Part shown: piece by piece, positions 58,696 through 64,000 of the stretch
Numbering within the stretch: the first letter of the stretch is position 1
Layout of the letters: each line of letters starts with the position of its first letter
Origin: Octopus vulgaris
Taxonomy: Eukaryota
NCBI GenBank assembly: GCA_951406725.2
Contig: OX597820.1
Span: 30,938,001 to 31,002,000 of the forward strand
Direction: 5' to 3'
Length of the DNA stretch: 64,000 bases
Program-made: the position numbers and the translations under genes
The notes under the pieces: generated by a model
Told to the model about the DNA's origin: nothing
Databases searched by the model: none
What the model saw: only the letters and a program-made list of their open reading frames with translations

Positions 58696-59485
58696 CAAGG
58701 TGGTATCAAAAAATACCCAGGTTAGTTATCTTTAATAAAAAATAACATTTAAGTTATGTTAAAACTCCTAAATAATCACCTTGCACAGCAATACACCGGT
58801 CCCAGAGTTCCTGCCACTTTTGGAATCTAGCCTGGAAGTTGTTTTCTGTGAGTTGAGGACATTCTGTGATTCACTCTGGATCTTGACAATGGCATTAAAA
58901 CACCAACCTTTGAGCTGCATTTTTATCTTGGGGAGGAAATGGAAACCTGCAAGGGCTAAATCTGGTGAATAGGGCAGGTGTGGAAGCGATACCATGTTTT
59001 TGGTGAGAGGCTCATGAGTAAGAAGAACTCAGTGACAGGGAGCATTGTCATCATGAAAAATCCAATTCTTTGCACTCCACAGATCTGGTTGCTTTTGCTG
59101 AATCTCCCTTAAATGCTTCAAAATGTCACAGTAGAACTCTCGATTGATGGTCTGGCCCTGGGAGATGAATTCTCAATGTACAATACCATGGATGTCAAAA
59201 AAAAAAAAAAAAGAGCATGCTCTTGATTGGGGTGTGGACCTTCTTCTGCTTTTGAAGTGCCTATGCCACTCAGAACATTGCATACAACCCATTGCCTTGT
59301 TGCTCTTTGTTCCTGTCCATGACAAAATCACAGACTAAGGTATACACGTGATCACAAAAACATAAGTTTCACAACTTGTGAAGTAAACACAGCTATGTCA
59401 CTTGGCACACTGCTAGCTCTCATTGTGTGCTGTCATCTTTTGGCGTGCTACAGAACTAGTCTGGGAACTTTTTGATATCACCTTG
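58696..59485 (-). mobile_element. Internally deleted mariner DNA transposon
   Basis: TA-flanked TIRs of about 30 bp, CAAGGTG(G/A)TATCAAAAA...; transposase remnants HDDNAPCH and LPHLPYSPDLA...FHFLPKIKMQLKG. Confidence 0.9.
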
Positions 59486-60440
59486 TATAGATATATCGCA
59501 ATAGCTGTAGCTCCCACAAACTGGATGTGACACTTTCAGACCTCTAGTAGTAAAGAGCCCATACCAGACAATTCCTTTTAGCTTTTCTGATGATTGCCAA
59601 TGTTTTCCCTCAAATCCTGGTATGAAACTGATTCATAATTTGGCTAGTATTTTATTAATAATATACCCACTCTATTAATATATGAGTGCATGTTTTCTTC
59701 GAATTCATGGGCTTTATATTTATATATATATATGTAATTTATATATTTTGTTTGTTTTCTTCACAGAAAAATCTCAAAGCACTCAATATAGTGATGTTAA
59801 ATGCATGTAGATCCTGTTATTGTGAGTGAACAAAAATACTTTTCCTCATATATTAACCTTCGATGCAAGTAATTTTAGAGCTAAGTGTACAAATTAGGGA
59901 ATCTTAAAAAATACAAAACATGCTGATGAGCATGTGGGATTGAATGGTAAAAGGATTATGCAAAACCTTTACAAATGAGGAAATAATCTTGTTTACCCAC
60001 TGACATATAAACATTATATATATATGCACACACACACACAAACAAACATATAGACATGCATGCGGATATATATATATATATGTAAATACTGAACAGGAAT
60101 GAGTGCACAATGGGATAAAATTTGTATATTAAGGTTACCAATGGTTTCATGTTAAGAAAAGTATATTAATATCTTAGCAATTTTTCAAGATGACCACATG
60201 AAGGTGGTGTTCTTCATTTTGGATGAAAACATAAAACCTTTTGTGAAATGTCTCAGAAGTTCATAAAAAGTCTCATAACTTTCTGTGAATTCCAGAGACA
60301 TTTCACAATTTTTTTTTATTTTCATCCAAAATGGAGAACACCTCCATGTGACTGGCTCGAAAAATCGTTGAAGTATTAAGATATTTTTCTTAACAGGAAA
60401 CAAATGGTAGCCTTAATACACAAATATATACATATATATA

Positions 60441-61139
60441 TGGGATGAGGTGGTGAAGCATGACCTTTGAACATTAGGCCTTACCGAGGCAATGACTAGT
60501 GACCGAGACCTTTGGAAATATGCAGTGCGTGAGAAGACTCAGCAAGCCAAGTGAGACCATAACCCATGGCCTATGCCAGGGGTGTAACCAGCCCACTTAT
60601 GCGTACCTTTCCTTCAGTGGACACTTAACTCTGCTTGCGAAGACCTGTTGAGGCAAGTGAAATCGAATTGAATCAAATTCAATGACTGACACCTGTGCCA
60701 GTGGAGCACTAAGAGTACCATCTGAGCATGATTGTTGCCAGAGCAGCTGACTGGCCTCCGCACTGGTGGCATGTAAAATTCACCATTCGAGTGTGATTGT
60801 TACCAGTATCGCCTTACTGGCACTTGTGCTGGTGGCATGTGACAAAAAATATTTGAGCGAGGTTGTTGCCAGTGCCACTGGACTGGCTCCTGTGCAGGTG
60901 GCACGTAAAAAACACCATTTGAGCATGGCCATTGCCAGTATTGCCTGACTGGCCCTTGTGCTGGTGGCACATAAAAGCATCCACTACACTCTTGGAGTGG
61001 TTGGCGTTAGGAAGAGCATCCAGCTGTAGAAACTCTGCCAGATCAGATTGGAGCCTGGTGCAGCCATGTGGTTCGCCAGTCTTCAGTCAAATCGTCCAAA
61101 CCATGCTAGCATGGAAAGTAGACGTTAAACAATGATGAT

Positions 61140-61140
<1 letters not shown>
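60441..61140 (+). mobile_element. RTE-clade LINE 3' end: ORF C-terminus plus complete 3'UTR
   Basis: WDEVVKHDL*TLGLTEAMTSDRDLWKYAVREKT, followed by tandem GTGC.GGTGGCAC.TAAAA units and GCATGGAAAGTAGACGTTAAACAATGATGAT. Confidence 0.85.
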
Positions 61141-61204
<64 letters not shown>

Positions 61205-62544
61205 AACATATACAGATACACAAATACACACACACACAATATTTTTGCAAGGAAAAGGTTGTCAGTTACTTCAAAGTTTTGGCAATCTAACCATTATTGC
61301 ACACAGTCTGATGAGGGCTATACACCCAAAACTTTGAAGTTTTTTCCTTGTAAAAATAAAATAAATATGTTACTCTACTGGAAGATATTAAGTGATCATT
61401 TAATTTAATGTTTGACTGTTTTCATATATAACTATACATAAAACAAACATTAATAATAATTATATATATAAAGGAAAATGGAAAAAATATTGAGAATTTT
61501 TTTTTTTTACCAGAAAGATATTACGAATCAATGAAAGAAAAAAAAATAAGAAAAGAATGAAATAAATCAAGTGTTAGTAAGACAGAGTAAAGCTAAGAGA
61601 TTTAAGTAGGTAGCAGTTTTTAATGAAATATTTGATATTTTAACACCTTACATAATCAGGTATTATTTAGTAGATTGAGAAGAGAAGAGAAAGAGATGGC
61701 TGAAAACTTGGTTGTTGTTGCTGTTGTTGTTCTACCTGTCACTTCAAACCACAAAACAAAGAATAAACTATGCCGAATGAACATACAGCGACAGAATGCA
61801 TACATACACACTCATGCACACATAGTCCTCAAACACGTATGCATCTGCATGCATCACACACATACTGTGCCCTCCAAAATATTACATAAAAGACATCGGC
61901 TAGAAGCTTATTATGTAAGACATGAATCTGACCAAAAAAACTGGCCAAAAGTTACTTAAGTTGTATTGGTAATTTGCAAGGATACACTACGAATTGTTTC
62001 AAGAGAATTCAACATAGCTGGGTTGTTTGTGCACCTGATGAGTAAATTACACAACTGTGATGTAATATCATGAAATGATTCATATTGTACTCTGCTAAAT
62101 ATATTATACTATAATAAACTCTGTAACTCTGGATTTCAATACTCCAATCTCATATATATACATATATACAAAACGATCACACACGCACGCATGCATGTTG
62201 ACAGCTTTATTCAGTGGTTATGTTTACTTATTACTGGGGAGATGTTTTATTTGGAGATCCATACAACTGCATCCAGATTCAAACAATTTTATATTATGCT
62301 CTGATGCATTTGGATACAACTGTGCTATTTTCTGGACGAAACATCTTGCAGGTTGTCAGTAACCATTGAAATAAAACTATCACACTTTATTACTTGAAGA
62401 TACCTTAGCCTTAAAACTAAGGAAAACAAATATACAAACACACACACACATACATATAGGGAGTAGCTCATTTTAACATGAATTGAAAATACAAATGTGT
62501 TCTAATTTTCTTTTGTTTTGGGATAAGATTTTTCCATATTTGAG

Positions 62545-62586
<42 letters not shown>

Positions 62587-64000
62587 TTATGTTTATTTTC
62601 CAAATGAACAGTAAAAGAAATATCCAAGAAATTTCAAGAAAATATGAAACAAATCTTAACCAAAAGAACAAAAGATAAAGCTGGAACACAATGGGATTTT
62701 TCCATAGAACCCTTTAATCCACAGAAACAAGCACCCATGTGAATACCCACTAATTTACCTATACACACATAACCATCCGGTTAAAATCATGTATAATATA
62801 TACATATACACAGAAGACTATCTGTCCTCACACATAGATGCTATCTGCCCTGTGAATCCATTATGCATATGTATGTGTGCGGGTCAGAAAAAACTGACCC
62901 CTTCTCAAAGTTCCCTTCCTCCTGACACTCATTTCCCAATCAACCACAGTGCTACTACCCTAACCTTCCTTCTTTCATTCATAAAACAGCAACAACAACA
63001 ACATGAACACTCAGAAAACCCACTAAACAGGGACACCTCACAACAGATTTACAGACCTCACAACTTTTGTGTAAGGGTTAACATTAGACCATTGGAATGA
63101 CAACTTGAAAATCTGTAGTAATGTGTACATATGTATGCATGCATGTATGTATCTATGTATGCATATACATGTATGTGTGTGCGCATGTTTGAATAAAAGT
63201 CTTGTAAAGTGTGCGTATGTGTTGTTTGTATATGTGAATGTGTAAATATAATTTGTATAAGTGTGTTTATCAACATGTGTCCTTGTATGTATGTAATTAT
63301 ATGTTGTAGTTACATTTTCTCCCTACCCAGAACAGATAACCAAGGAGAGGGGAGCTAGACATGGGTAACAGACTTAACTAGGATAAGGACGAGGAGGAGA
63401 GAGAGAGAGAGAGATGACACATAGAAAGCAAAACAAACAAGGAATAATAGAAAATAGGGAATTTTACATTTTCATAATATATATATTGTGCATATATCAT
63501 ATATATGTCCCATATGTAATAATGTGTGTGTGCATGCATGAGATATGTGTGTGTGTATGTATATATATATATATGTGTGTGTGTATATGCTATATAAATT
63601 ATGTATACATATAATTATATATATTACGTATTTTTCATGTATATATATAAATATATATAAATGCATGTGTGTATTTATGTAAATGTATATATATATATAT
63701 TTTTTTAAATTTGTCCTTTTTTCTCATCATTGTTAGTTTTTCTGGAAGATTCTTATATATATGCTTTCATTGTGTGTGTGTGTGTGTGTATTGTTTCACA
63801 CTCTTCTCTCTACCATATAATTAAATGGACTTTGAAAAAAAACAGAGAGAGACAGAGTGAGTATATATAAATATATGTATACATAATTGATTGTATATAT
63901 ATATATATATATATATACTGTATTGATTGGCGGTGGTGTTGGCAACAGGGAGGAGGTGGGGTGGGAGATATCTAAAAGTTTCAAGGACAGAAGTGTTATG

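Noticed and set aside
59500-64000. Second gene at the right end of the window
   Set aside because: There are only short low-complexity ORFs and isolated splice-like motifs, with no recognisable protein.

Overview
AT-rich, microsatellite- and SINE-dense animal DNA. The repeat families look like those of an octopus or other coleoid cephalopod, but that is an inference. The only host gene I can support is a voltage-sensing phosphatase (VSP; TPTE/TPTE2 family) on the + strand. I assembled it by hand from 14 phase-compatible GT-AG coding exons (ATG 6319 to TGA 35728; 1689 nt, about 562 aa). It has an S1-S4 voltage sensor, a KRRY phosphoinositide-binding linker, an [12 protein letters not shown]-like phosphatase and a C2 domain, and probably a 3'UTR intron followed by a long 3'UTR exon from about 37268. 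The rest is transposon debris: at least three tRNA-derived SINE families, RTE, CR1/L2-group, HERO-like, CRE-like and Penelope retroelement fragments, mariner, pogo, hAT and piggyBac-type MITEs, Helitron/Helentron derivatives and very long (TA)n tracts. The most notable observations are: a natural Gln at the VSP gating-loop Glu; a SINE and a young LINE sharing a 39-nt 3' tail with compensatory stem changes; clustered minimal hammerhead-ribozyme motifs in intronic inverted repeats; and a minisatellite that amplifies a VSP splice donor. I found no convincing novel multi-gene system. Most ORFs in the supplied track are microsatellite or repeat artefacts.
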